A stretch of 64,000 bases of DNA from Ascoidea asiatica JCM 7603 (Eukaryota; Fungi; Ascomycota), in contig BCKQ01000005.1 of the NCBI GenBank assembly GCA_001600695.1, positions 556,093 to 620,092 on the forward strand. The letters run 5' to 3'. The position numbers and the translations under genes were made by a program. Below are positions 1 to 10,804 of this stretch, piece by piece; within the stretch, counting starts at the first letter, position 1, and every line of letters begins with the position of its first letter. A model generated the notes under the pieces. It was not told where the DNA came from. It made no database searches and saw nothing but the letters and a program-made list of their open reading frames with translations.

Positions 1-2
1 TT

Positions 3-3000
3 TCTTTTTTATTCAATTTTGCAATTGTCATAGCTTCAGTTCTATTAAAGACTTATAATTCAAATTCAAATTTAAATTCAAATCAATTAAAACCAGTTAC
101 AAAATTTGTAAATTATCGAAATCAAAATAATAATAAATTTCTTAATGATCATAATAATCTTGATAATAATATACTCAGTGTTAAGAAAGATCGAATACTT
201 TTATCAAGTAATAAAGTCATAGAAGATTTAGATATAACTAATCTTGTTATAATATCTCATGTTGATGGTTCTTTATCTGGTCTCAATAGAGAAACCGGTG
301 AAATAATTTGGAACTTAAATTCAAATATTTCCTCAACTACAACTACAAATTCAAATTCAAACTCAAACTCAAAAAATAACTCATCAGAAGGGTTTTGGAT
401 TGTTGAACCTCATGATGATGGATCTTTATTTTATTTTAATAACTTAAATGGTTTAACAAAAATTCCAATCTCAATTAATGATTTAATAAATTGTTCTCCT
501 TTTACTTTATCAGATGATAAAATATTTACTGGAATTAAAAAAACTTCTTTAATTTCAATTAATCCAAAAAATGGTAAAATTATAAACTCTTTTGGCTCAA
601 ATATAAATAATAATCAATTTATTAATCAATGTCATTCAATTCATTTTGATTTAAATAATCTTAATGATTTAAATGATATGAGTAATATAAATGGTATAAA
701 TAATATAAATAATATAAATAATATAAATGATATGAATGATAAAAATAATCTAAATAACATTAATAATATAGATCCTTTGAATAATGAAAACAAGAATAAT
801 AACCATAATAACAATAATAACAAAAAAAACAAAAATAATGAAAACGATTGTGTAAATTTAATCAATATAGGTAGAACCGATTATCATTTAACAATAACCT
901 CAAAATCTGATAATTCTTCAGTAGTTAATATAATATATACAAAATGGAATGAAGATAATATCAATCAAGATCTAATACTTCAAAATAAAAAAAATTCAGT
1001 TGATGGTGTTTTTATTTTTCCATTTAATGATAATTCGCTATTATCTTTAGATAGTTTAACTGCAACTCCAAAATGGATAACTTCCTTAGAATCTCCTTGT
1101 GTAGATGTATTTGATATTTTCAAAGATGATAATAATGATTATGATAATAATAATATTATCAAGAATAACAAAAATAAAAAAAATGATTTTAATCAATATA
1201 TCTTAATTTCTCATCCAATAAATCCAAAATTAACTCAAAATCATAAAACTCAAAATAAAAATAATCAAAACGATAAAATTGATAATGAAAATGAAAAAGT
1301 TTACTTAGGTGTAACTGCAGATGGTTCTTGGTTCGCAATGTCTGAATCTTATTATCCTGCTTTAGTTAATAGTGTTCCATTATCGGAATATTATAAAAAT
1401 AAATTAGCTGATCCAGATTATCCACATTTGAAACCAAATTTAACTCCAAATTCGAATTCTAATTCAATTAATAATGATGAATTTTTTTTACCAACTGAAT
1501 TAATTATGGGGGTTCACAGACAATTATCTGATTCAGAATTTATGAAAAGTTCAAAAAGTTTTTCATCTTCAACTACTTCTTCTTATTCTGCAAACTCAAA
1601 TTTGCCTCTTTTAATAAGAGATAGAATAATTGAAAATCCATCATATTCTCCAAGAATAACTACTTCTCCTGATTATATTATTTCCGACGATGATTTTGAG
1701 GATGATTTCGATGATAGATACTCTAATCCGTCTAAAAGAATTCTTGCTATTGACCCACCAGAAAATTTTAACTCATTATATTATCAAAATTCATTAAAAT
1801 TCAAAAAATTATCTTATTTTCAAACATTTATTGGATTTTGTTGGAGAATGGCAGAAAATTTTTTAATGATGTCTCTCATTTTCACAATCTTATTTTTATT
1901 ATCTAAATTTCAGATTATTCCCCCCTTAACTGAAATTATTTACAATTTTGGGTTCTTAAGAAGAACTCATAAACAAGTTGAATTAGCTAAAAAATATAAA
2001 CTTGATCAAAAAATTGATATTGATTTTGATATTGATATGTCTTCGGCATCTGATTTTCTCAATAATAGCCATGAACAAAAATTATCTGAGGAAGAAAAAA
2101 AGAACCGAGATGAAAATAAAGAAGGAAATCAAATTTCTACTAAAAATCAAAATCCAATTCAATCATCAAATACTGAACAAATACCTTTAATTTCAGAAAA
2201 TATTTCTTTCCAGAATACAAAAGAATTACTACAAAATGAAGTCTCTTCGGATTCTGAGAATTCTAAGTTATCGGAAGAATATGAAATCATTCCTAATCTC
2301 AATTCAGGAAATCAAAATCAAATTAAAAATAGAAAATCTGAATTACATGAAAAAACGTATCCCACTTCTGCTCTAAAATCTGAAGCATACGTCAAAGATA
2401 CTTCAAGCAATGACAGTAGTAATCAACAGGTTATTTTTCCAAAGGAGATTCCTGAAAATAAATCTATGGAAAAAGATATGCCTCGAAAAGCAAATTTTTC
2501 TTCCACTAATTTACAGTTTGACTCCAGTATGAACCTTGAAAGTATATCGAGTGAATATATTTCACCAGTATTCCTGGAAACTCAATTTGATGGAAATCGT
2601 GATTCGGAAGTTCTCAAAAAAACGGTGATGATTAAAGAACCAGAAAAAGATACTGAAAAGGTAAATACCCCAAAAAAAAGGAAAAGAGGAAGTAGGGGAG
2701 GAAAAAAAAATAAGAAGAAAGATGCTTTTAATAGTGTGAACAATCTCAATGGTACAACAATTGCTTCTACTTCAGGTAATACTCTTGTTTCTGACAATAC
2801 TCAGCCTATTCAATATCTCAATAACTCCAATAAGATATCAACAGTTATAACTAACTCAAATCAAAATAATATTCCAATTCAAAACAGTAATTGGAGGTCA
2901 TCACCCACTCATAAAAGTAGTTTAACATTATCAGATGAAATTTTAGGCTATGGATCTCATGGAACCATAGTATATAAAGGAACTTTTGAAAATAGACCGG

Positions 3001-4079
3001 TGGCTGTAAAAAGAATGTTACTTGATTTTTATGATGTTGCTTCTCATGAAATTTCATTACTCCAGGAAAGTGATGATGATCCTAATGTGATTCGATATTT
3101 CTGTTCTGAGCAATCAGATAGGTTTTTATATATCGCATTAGAATTATGTTTAGCTAATCTCGAGGATATAATTGAGAAAAAAAAGCAACCATTCGATGAT
3201 CCACAGAATATCTTATTACAAATGGTTAGTGGTTTAAATCATCTTCATAAATTAAATATTGTACACAGAGATATAAAGCCCCAAAACATTTTGGTTGCAT
3301 CTTCCAAAGTTAATGTTAACGGATTTAGAGTGTTGATATCAGACTTTGGATTATGTAAAAAGCTTGAACCGGATCAATCTTCGTTTAGGGGAACAACAGC
3401 TGCATCAGGTACATCTGGATGGAGAGCACCTGAATTACTTACAGAGAATAATCAACTTAAATTAAATAAAGGTGTTGATATTTTTTCTATGGGGTTGGTT
3501 TTCTTTTATGTTTTAACAGGGGGTAAGCATCCCTTTGGTGATAGATATTCAAGGGAATCCAATATTTTACAAAACAAATTTGACCTTAGTGATATAAAAT
3601 CAAGTGAGGCTAAAGATTTAATGGAAAAGATGCTACAAGTAAATGCAAAAGATAGACCTTCAACATCAATAATTTTGAGACATCCTTATTTTTGGAAGGA
3701 TGATAGAAAAATTGAATTTTTGATAAAAGTTTCAGACAAACTTAATACATTCGATCGTGATGGAGAAATAATTCTGAATTTCGAAGTTATTTCTGAAAAA
3801 GTATTCAAAGGAAATTGGAAAAAAAAATTTTCTCAAAGCTTTTATGACAATTTGACTAGTTTTAGAAAATATGATACTTTTAAATTATTAGAACTTTTGA
3901 GAGTTATTAGAAATAAATACCATCATATAAATGAAATTCCTGAGGAATTCGGTATAAGGCAGGATAATTATTACTTATTTTTTTCCGATCTTTTTCCAAA
4001 CTTACTAATTGCAATATATGATTTTGTTAAAATGAGTTTGTTGAGCGATTTTGAATCTTTCTTTTCGCCATTAAATTAA
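3..4079 (+). CDS. IRE1: Ire1 ER-stress sensor kinase/endoribonuclease (5' end lies outside the window)
   Basis: The frame of ORF 678..4079 is open back to position 3 (SFLFNFAIVIASVLL, then luminal IISHVDGSLSGLNRETGEIIW). It has a TM helix, basic linker KKRKRGSRGGKK, kinase motifs (LGYGSHGT, VAVKRML, HRDIKPQN, DFG, GTSGWRAPE) and the KEN RNase motif LLRVIRNKYHH. Confidence 0.97.
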   Translation, partial: SFLFNFAIVIASVLLKTYNSNSNLNSNQLKPVTKFVNYRNQNNNKFLNDHNNLDNNILSVKKDRILLSSNKVIEDLDITNLVIISHVDGSLSGLNRETGEIIWNLNSNISSTTTTNSNSNSNSKNNSSEGFWIVEPHDDGSLFYFNNLNGLTKIPISINDLINCSPFTLSDDKIFTGIKKTSLISINPKNGKIINSFGSNINNNQFINQCHSIHFDLNNLNDLNDMSNINGINNINNINNINDMNDKNNLNNINNIDPLNNENKNNNHNNNNNKKNKNNENDCVNLINIGRTDYHLTITSKSDNSSVVNIIYTKWNEDNINQDLILQNKKNSVDGVFIFPFNDNSLLSLDSLTATPKWITSLESPCVDVFDIFKDDNNDYDNNNIIKNNKNKKNDFNQYILISHPINPKLTQNHKTQNKNNQNDKIDNENEKVYLGVTADGSWFAMSESYYPALVNSVPLSEYYKNKLADPDYPHLKPNLTPNSNSNSINNDEFFLPTELIMGVHRQLSDSEFMKSSKSFSSSTTSSYSANSNLPLLIRDRIIENPSYSPRITTSPDYIISDDDFEDDFDDRYSNPSKRILAIDPPENFNSLYYQNSLKFKKLSYFQTFIGFCWRMAENFLMMSLIFTILFLLSKFQIIPPLTEIIYNFGFLRRTHKQVELAKKYKLDQKIDIDFDIDMSSASDFLNNSHEQKLSEEEKKNRDENKEGNQISTKNQNPIQSSNTEQIPLISENISFQNTKELLQNEVSSDSENSKLSEEYEIIPNLNSGNQNQIKNRKSELHEKTYPTSALKSEAYVKDTSSNDSSNQQVIFPKEIPENKSMEKDMPRKANFSSTNLQFDSSMNLESISSEYISPVFLETQFDGNRDSEVLKKTVMIKEPEKDTEKVNTPKKRKRGSRGGKKNKKKDAFNSVNNLNGTTIASTSGNTLVSDNTQPIQYLNNSNKISTVITNSNQNNIPIQNSNWRSSPTHKSSLTLSDEILGYGSHGTIVYKGTFENRPVAVKRMLLDFYDVASHEISLLQESDDDPNVIRYFCSEQSDRFLYIALELCLANLEDIIEKKKQPFDDPQNILLQMVSGLNHLHKLNIVHRDIKPQNILVASSKVNVNGFRVLISDFGLCKKLEPDQSSFRGTTAASGTSGWRAPELLTENNQLKLNKGVDIFSMGLVFFYVLTGGKHPFGDRYSRESNILQNKFDLSDIKSSEAKDLMEKMLQVNAKDRPSTSIILRHPYFWKDDRKIEFLIKVSDKLNTFDRDGEIILNFEVISEKVFKGNWKKKFSQSFYDNLTSFRKYDTFKLLELLRVIRNKYHHINEIPEEFGIRQDNYYLFFSDLFPNLLIAIYDFVKMSLLSDFESFFSPLN

Positions 4080-4122
4080 CGTGAATGTGGGTTATTCAAG
4101 GGTTCTTCAAAAAAAATTTTTC

Positions 4123-4167
4123 TCATCTTTTTCATCTTTTTCATCTTTTTCATCTTTTTCATCTTTT
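4123..4167 (+). repeat. (TCATCTTTT)x5 tandem repeat in the IRE1/LRP1 convergent intergenic region
   Basis: Five consecutive 9-nt units read directly from the sequence. Confidence 0.9.
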
Positions 4168-4632
4168 TTATTTATTTTTTGTGTTTTTAATTTTTTATTT
4201 GTTTCATTTCATTTTATTTTTCTTGTGTTCCGTGCATTCCATATAATATATAGTACTTCTTTATACAAAACTTCATTTCTTTAGAATCTTTTTTAAGTCT
4301 AATTGTCTTTTTATTTTTTTTATTCAAATCTTTTCCTTTTTTACCTAAGTGTAATCCCGACAGGGAAAGTTTTGAAGAATGCTAACTCTTTTCTTAAAGT
4401 TTTTTTATTACCCTTTCAACATCATTCTTACAATTTATTTTCAGCCTTAAAATTTTTATTAACTTTTATATATAATTTATTCATTCTTTTAGTTTTTAAT
4501 ATTAACGAAAATTAAAAATACGTCAACTTATTAAACTATACTACAATTTGCTACATACGAATCAAAATACAGTAAGGTTCCTTTTATTAGATATTTAAAT
4601 GCTTAGTGAATATAGCTTTTTACATGTATATT

Positions 4633-5298
4633 TTAAGACTTTGATCTATGCTTGGAAGAATATTTCGATTTCTGTTTTAGCTTTTTGGAATTGACTTCAG
4701 GTTTAGTTATTCCTTGCAATGACTTTGATTTTGATTTTAATTGTGAATGAGATTGAGATTTTGAATCAGTTTCAGGTTTTGACTTTGATTTCGATTTGGA
4801 TTTTTGCTTCTTTTTCTTTTTTCGGTCTTCATTGGGTGTTGATATATCTTCTTCTTTTACTTTAGTTACATTTCTAGTTAAAGTATCATCTGGAATTGTT
4901 TTTTTGGTGAAATTTGAAGGACTTATGGATGTTTCATTATTTTCAACCTTTCCCAAAACAGAAAATATTATTCTTTTTGCAACATCAGCATTGTTTTCAC
5001 TGTTTTCTACAGGTTTTTTTTGAAGTAAAAGATTGTATCTCTGACTATAAGATTGTAATCTTTCAATTTCTTGTTTTATTTCATGTTTACTTGGATCTAA
5101 ACCTAGAAGTTTCAAATACGAGCTTAGCAATTCTACCAATATCCTCGAATAACCATTTGATAACTTTATCGAGTCATCATTATTCAATAAAGCCAATCTT
5201 TCACTAAGAGATTTTGCTGTCAATTTATCAATATTTTTTTCAAGTCCATCTAAAGAAGAATCTAGTGATGCCACAAAAGGCTTTATTTCAGAATCCAT
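4633..5298 (-). CDS. LRP1: Nuclear exosome cofactor Lrp1/Rrp47 (Sas10/C1D family)
   Basis: N-terminus IKPFVASLDSSLDGLEKNI, SYLKLLGLDPSKHEIKQEIERLQSY C1D core, AKRII motif and Lys-rich tail. LRP1 also lies close to IRE1 in S. cerevisiae. Confidence 0.85.
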   Translation of the reverse strand: MDSEIKPFVASLDSSLDGLEKNIDKLTAKSLSERLALLNNDDSIKLSNGYSRILVELLSSYLKLLGLDPSKHEIKQEIERLQSYSQRYNLLLQKKPVENSENNADVAKRIIFSVLGKVENNETSISPSNFTKKTIPDDTLTRNVTKVKEEDISTPNEDRKKKKKQKSKSKSKSKPETDSKSQSHSQLKSKSKSLQGITKPEVNSKKLKQKSKYSSKHRSKS

Positions 5299-5667
5299 AC
5301 CTAATTAGAAAATAAATGTATTATTGGCCAGATTATTTGAAAATGATAAAGTAGTTTTATACTTTTTCCCTTAGATTATTATCAGATATGTTTCACCTTC
5401 CTTCTTGCTTATCAGTTTCTACTTCTTTTACTTCCCACATGAACTGAAGAAAAGATCAAATTCATTTGCCCTGCAAAAAAATATATTTTCAGTAACTAAT
5501 TTCGAATCCTTCCTGCAAGGCACGTGCTTACGGCTATTGAATTTTTTTTTGATTTTTTCAGTTGAGGTTAAATTTTGAAATATTTTAGCTCAATGAGTCA
5601 GTTCTAAAGAAAATGTAGGTTCACTTAATTGAACAGCTTCTTTATTAATTTTTTGCAAGCAACTTTA

Positions 5668-7701
5668 ATGATAAAACGTAATATAAACTTATTTAATACC
5701 AAAAATTTATCTTTTTTTAGTTTAAAGTCATTGGGTAGTATTCAAAAATCAAAGTGCTTTACCAGAAAATTCAATTCTCTCAATAATTCTGTTTCCATCG
5801 AAATAAGTAAAAGAAAGAATAACAAAATTTTAGAAAAAAAACCGGATTACTTTTTCGAATTCACTGAACAATATAATCTAAAAATGGTTGATGAGTATTC
5901 CAATTTAACTACTTTAATAAGTAAATTGGGTTTCAAGGAACCTTTTGTTTATCCAAATTCATATCCTAAAACAAATCCAATTGACATAGTTAGAAACTAT
6001 ATAACCGAGCAATTATCAGGTATATCTGGTGTTTCTCCAGAGATTATATTTCCTGCTTTAGATTCAGTAAATATTTTAACCAAAGGTGATTTGTTAATCC
6101 CTGTTCCAAGATTGAGAGTTAAAGGAAATCCAAAAGAATTAGCCAAAGCTTGGGCTGAAAAATTTGAAAAGGGTGACTATATAGATACAGTTCAAGCTCA
6201 AGGACCATTTATTCAATTTTTTATTGCCAAAAAATATTTATTTCAAACAATAATTAAATCTGTATTGACTCAAAAAGAAAAATATGGTTCTTGTCCTGAT
6301 TATGGTAATGGTAAAAAAGTTATTATTGAATTTTCATCACCAAATATTGCCAAACCATTTCATGCTGGTCATCTTCGTTCCACAATTATTGGAGGCTTTT
6401 TATCTAACTTATATGAACAGTTAGGATGGAAGGTTTCACGTTTAAATTATCTTGGTGATTGGGGAAAACAATTTGGTCTTCTTGCTGTAGGTTTCAAAAA
6501 ATTTGGATCCGAGGAAGAACTCAAACAAAACCCAATTGATCATTTATTTAATGTTTATGTTGAAATAAATAAAGTAATCAAAGAAGAAGAGACAAAAGGT
6601 TCAACAGAAACTAATGACCAGGCTAGAGCATTTTTTAAAAAAATGGAAGATGGTGATGAAGAAGCTTTGGATCTTTGGAAAAGATTTAGAACTTTATCTA
6701 TTGATAAATATATTGATACATATGCTAGATTGAATATTCATTATGATTCTTATTCGGGAGAGTCAACCGTTCCTAAAGAATTGATGAATAAAGCTCTTGA
6801 AATTTTCAAAGAAAAAAATCTAGTTACAGAAGATAAAGGAGCATTATTAATTGATTTAACCAAATTTAATAAAAAATTACTCAAAGCTTTAGTTCAAAAG
6901 TCTGATGGAACTACTTTGTACCTAACAAGAGATGTTGGTGCTGCCATTGATCGTTATAATAACTATAAATTTGATAAGATGATCTACGTTATTGCTTCAC
7001 AACAAGATTTGCATACAGCTCAATTTTTTGAGATTCTTAAACAAATGGGGTTTGAATGGGCCAAAAACTTAGTACATATCAATTTTGGAATGGTTTTGGG
7101 AATGTCCACTAGAAATGGGACTGTTGTTTTCTTAGACAAAATTCTTGAAGAAACTAAAAATAAAATGCATGAAGTCATGAAAAAAAATGAAGCTAAATAT
7201 GCTCAAGTTGAAGATCCTGAAAAAGTTGCAGATTTGATTGGTATTTCTGCTGTCATGATTCAGGATATGGCTGCTAAAAGAATCAATAATTATGAATTCA
7301 AATGGGATAGAATGTTATCTTTTGAAGGTGATACTGGTCCATATTTACAATATGCTCATTCCAGATTATGTTCAGTAGCTAGAAATTCAAGTATACCTTA
7401 TGATAATTTGCTTAGTGCCGATTTATCATTATTATCAGAGCCATGTGCTTTAATTTTAATTAGATTATTGGCTCAATATCCAGATGTCTTATTCAGAGCA
7501 ATGAAAAATAATGAACCTTCTACTGTTGTTACATATCTATTCAATATTGCACATACTGTTTCTTCTTGTTACAACATATTATGGGTTGCAGGACAAGAAG
7601 AAGATTTGGCAACAGCTCGTCTTGCTCTTTATTCAACTGCTAGACAAGTGCTTAATAATGGTATGAGATTATTAGGTCTTACACCTGTTGAAAGAATGTA
7701 A
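5668..7701 (+). CDS. RRS1: Arginyl-tRNA synthetase; first ATG 5668 (mitochondrial presequence), second ATG 5884 (cytosolic form)
   Basis: EFSSPNIAKPFHAGHLRSTIIG (HIGH-like motif), GMSTRNG, FEGDTGPYLQYAHSRL and C-terminal GLTPVERM. The ORF-track start at 5629 is TTG. Confidence 0.96.
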   Translation: MIKRNINLFNTKNLSFFSLKSLGSIQKSKCFTRKFNSLNNSVSIEISKRKNNKILEKKPDYFFEFTEQYNLKMVDEYSNLTTLISKLGFKEPFVYPNSYPKTNPIDIVRNYITEQLSGISGVSPEIIFPALDSVNILTKGDLLIPVPRLRVKGNPKELAKAWAEKFEKGDYIDTVQAQGPFIQFFIAKKYLFQTIIKSVLTQKEKYGSCPDYGNGKKVIIEFSSPNIAKPFHAGHLRSTIIGGFLSNLYEQLGWKVSRLNYLGDWGKQFGLLAVGFKKFGSEEELKQNPIDHLFNVYVEINKVIKEEETKGSTETNDQARAFFKKMEDGDEEALDLWKRFRTLSIDKYIDTYARLNIHYDSYSGESTVPKELMNKALEIFKEKNLVTEDKGALLIDLTKFNKKLLKALVQKSDGTTLYLTRDVGAAIDRYNNYKFDKMIYVIASQQDLHTAQFFEILKQMGFEWAKNLVHINFGMVLGMSTRNGTVVFLDKILEETKNKMHEVMKKNEAKYAQVEDPEKVADLIGISAVMIQDMAAKRINNYEFKWDRMLSFEGDTGPYLQYAHSRLCSVARNSSIPYDNLLSADLSLLSEPCALILIRLLAQYPDVLFRAMKNNEPSTVVTYLFNIAHTVSSCYNILWVAGQEEDLATARLALYSTARQVLNNGMRLLGLTPVERM

Positions 7702-7926
7702 TAGATTAATTATATTGTATGTTTTTTGTTTTTGGGAATCCTTTTATGTATTATTTTATTACCCAATCTTATATAATTCAAAGAAATACATTGATAATTC
7801 GAGTAATAGTATGCATGAAAAAGCAAAAATAATTTAAAAATAGTAATGAGAATAATAATAACTGTAATAATAATGGGTAATAATACAAAGAAACGAAACA
7901 AATGTCTTTTTTGAAAATTTTTCATT

Positions 7927-9270
7927 TTATAGCAGCTCGAGCATTATATTATTATGTTCCATTGTATCTGGGTGATTCATTTTAACCCATTCTGTTTCTA
8001 GTTTAATGAAACACCAAATCCAACGCCTTGTCAATTCGAATAATTCAACGTAAAATAACCCGGTTTCAGAATTAAAAAAGAAAATCGAAGGACTTAATAA
8101 TTTTAAAGTCCAGAAAAATCTAAAAATAAAATCATTGACAATTGCAATATAGTAGAATTCTTTAACAGTATAAGATAAGTTATTTCTTAAAATGTGATTC
8201 TGTTCATTTTTATTTCTGTTAGATAATAGATAATTGAAAAAGTTGAAATTCCAATCGACTGCCACATCCCAAATAAAAGAATAAGTTGAATTGATAAGCA
8301 TACAAAAGACTAAAAGCCTATTATAAAAAATTTTATATTGCTCAATTTGTAGCTGATTTTCGATATAATACTTTGTAGTTGAATCGATATTTGAATATGA
8401 TCTGATGATTGAATTAATAATAATTGGAATAATATTTGTTGAATATTTGAAAAAATTTAACAATGGTTGAGTATTTCTTCTATTTGAAGCATTATATTCT
8501 ATCCAACATTGGCTCAATCTTATAAATTGAGGCAAAGCTAAGACCAATTGATCCAAGTAGTAAAATTCAGATAAAGAACGATCTAAATTAACTTTATTGG
8601 AACTCGGCAAAGATGAAATACCATAATATAAATGAGAAATATAAAGAAAGAAATCTAAAATAACTTTGGAATATGATGTCAAAGTATCTGCTAATAATAT
8701 ATCATTATTTCTTAATTGAGTATTTATCTTACCTTTAAGAATTCTGGCAAAAGTAGATCTTAATCTTTTTCTACCAGCAGATTGAAGTGTAACTTTATTA
8801 TTAATATTATTATTATAATTTTTTTTCTTTTTAAAATCAAAGAATGACAAAGAAATAAAATTTAATAAGTAGAAAAAAGTTATGATAATTGTTATTAAAG
8901 GCAATATATCTGCAAAAGTTATTGAAGTATCCTCAATATTTTTATTTGATAATAATAAAAACCATAAAAAACTTAAAATAAATAATAAAGATGTTTTTAT
9001 GGCAACTTCAAAACAATTTTCATGTAATTGAGAAATCGGAAAAGTTGTAGAGATATTTTCATTTTTAGAATCAAGATTAATATCATCATAAGATAATTTT
9101 AATAATTTTAAAACATTTATTTCACAATTGTTACAAATTTCAACATTTAACCACCAAAACCACACTGCTAAATTTAAAAAAAAAAGAATTCGATACGGTA
9201 ATGGAAACCAAATATCAAATGGCCTAGAAGAAAAAAACCCTATATCTTCAACGACTTCTTGGGGATCCAT
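7927..9270 (-). CDS. ERD1: Erd1, EXS-family Golgi/ER membrane protein
   Basis: FPLPYRI, DILLADTLTSYSKV, LPQFIRLSQC, NSTYSFIWDVAVDW, DFIFRFFW and ELTRRWIWCFIKLETEWV are EXS motifs; no SPX domain. First ATG is at 9270 (the track start 9333 is TTG). Confidence 0.88.
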   Translation of the reverse strand: MDPQEVVEDIGFFSSRPFDIWFPLPYRILFFLNLAVWFWWLNVEICNNCEINVLKLLKLSYDDINLDSKNENISTTFPISQLHENCFEVAIKTSLLFILSFLWFLLLSNKNIEDTSITFADILPLITIIITFFYLLNFISLSFFDFKKKKNYNNNINNKVTLQSAGRKRLRSTFARILKGKINTQLRNNDILLADTLTSYSKVILDFFLYISHLYYGISSLPSSNKVNLDRSLSEFYYLDQLVLALPQFIRLSQCWIEYNASNRRNTQPLLNFFKYSTNIIPIIINSIIRSYSNIDSTTKYYIENQLQIEQYKIFYNRLLVFCMLINSTYSFIWDVAVDWNFNFFNYLLSNRNKNEQNHILRNNLSYTVKEFYYIAIVNDFIFRFFWTLKLLSPSIFFFNSETGLFYVELFELTRRWIWCFIKLETEWVKMNHPDTMEHNNIMLELL

Positions 9271-9721
9271 AATATTTTTTCCATTCGCTCTTTTAAATAT
9301 GAATTTACTTTTTTGATAAAGCAAATGTTTCAAAAAAAAGATAATTCTTCTAATTTCGATAAAGATACTATTTTAACCGAATCTAAAAAAAAACATAATT
9401 TTGCCAGCACATAAATCTCAGCACCAAAAACGTGGAGCTCGAAGTAAAGGCTCGAGAAAAGGAATTGAATGCCTAAATGGCTCAAGTATAACCGGAATAT
9501 AGACGGAACTATATTAGGAAATAATTTAAATACAGATCAATAGATAATCCGACCTGTTTCTAAAACAAATATTATAATTATGATGATAATGGTTATTTAT
9601 TATCGATTCTGGCAAACTTAAGAAACCAGAATCTTGTTGATTAATTATACAGATATAAACTATGAAGAAGTGAAAAGAAGAACTAGGATAAATAATAGAT
9701 AGGCGAATTACTTTATTTTTT

Positions 9722-10804
9722 TCATATATGAGCCTGTTCAGATCTTGTTTTGATTCTGTAAGGAATTTCAATAGCTTTTGCAAAATCAGGGTCAGATGGT
9801 CTTTTTAAAATAAAATTTGAATCAAACCAGTCTATCATTTCTATTAATGATTTACAATCGTTCATTTCTTTCCTTAATTCTTTTGAAATTTGATCTTCCA
9901 ACATACAAGAAAAATGATGTTGTATTAATCTAAAAGGTAAAGAATAAGAAGTTGAAATAGCCCAAAATCTTTCAATAGAACTCCAAGGTGGTTTCTCAAA
10001 ACCTGCAAACATTGTAGGATTTTTCAAAATTCCTCTAACGGCCATTACTCCATTTACACCAGTATATTCAGCTATATCATATGCATCTTTTAATGAAAAA
10101 CAATCACCATTTGCAACCACAGGAACAGACACAGCTTCCTTAATAAGTTTTATTGCATCAAAATCCGCTGGTTGTGAAGATCTTGTAGTTTGTGTTCTTC
10201 CATGAATTGTTATCCAATCAACTCCAGCTTTTTCAACTTTTTTAACAAATTCAACAGTTTGATTTAAATCTTTATGAATTCTAATTTTTGTTTCAACAGT
10301 TACTTTATCACCATATTTATCCTTTATTGCTTTTACCATTGAAGAAACTTTTTCAGGTTCAGACATTAATGCAGCACCAATTCCTTCTCTAACTTGTTCT
10401 CTTACTGGACAACCACAATTTAAACCTATGGCGTCACAGTATGGATGAATCATATCAACAAATCTAATTAAATCTGTAACATTATTTGCACCAACTTGAA
10501 CCACTAATGATCTATCATTTTCATTTGTAGAAAAATCACTTAATCTAGCAACTTCATTTCTAACAAATTCTCTTGCTAAAATCATTGGAGAATAAACGAT
10601 ATCTACATTATAATTTCGTACAAGTTCTCTGAATGGTAATTTGGAGTATCTAACCATTGGACCTGAAATAAAAACAGGTCTGTCTTCTTCTTTGCATTTT
10701 TTAAAAATATTTAAAGGATTATGTAATGGATTTCTTGGTGATAAATTTATAATATTTGGTTTTATAATATTATTAGCTATATTAGATGAAGAATTTAAAG
10801 TCAT
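9722..10804 (-). CDS. DUS4: tRNA-dihydrouridine(20a/20b) synthase
   Basis: GPMVRYSKLPFRELV, YSPMILAREF, GLNCGCP, ITIHGRT, VANGDCFS. Confidence 0.93.
   Translation of the reverse strand: MTLNSSSNIANNIIKPNIINLSPRNPLHNPLNIFKKCKEEDRPVFISGPMVRYSKLPFRELVRNYNVDIVYSPMILAREFVRNEVARLSDFSTNENDRSLVVQVGANNVTDLIRFVDMIHPYCDAIGLNCGCPVREQVREGIGAALMSEPEKVSSMVKAIKDKYGDKVTVETKIRIHKDLNQTVEFVKKVEKAGVDWITIHGRTQTTRSSQPADFDAIKLIKEAVSVPVVANGDCFSLKDAYDIAEYTGVNGVMAVRGILKNPTMFAGFEKPPWSSIERFWAISTSYSLPFRLIQHHFSCMLEDQISKELRKEMNDCKSLIEMIDWFDSNFILKRPSDPDFAKAIEIPYRIKTRSEQAHI

Noticed and set aside
5299-5440. Possible 5' intron of LRP1 (TTCTAATTAG just before the ATG on the minus strand)
   Set aside because: No convincing donor in a compatible phase, and the protein is already complete from 5298.
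5495-5520. TTCGAATCC resembling a tRNA T-loop/B-box
   Set aside because: No cloverleaf or A-box around it.
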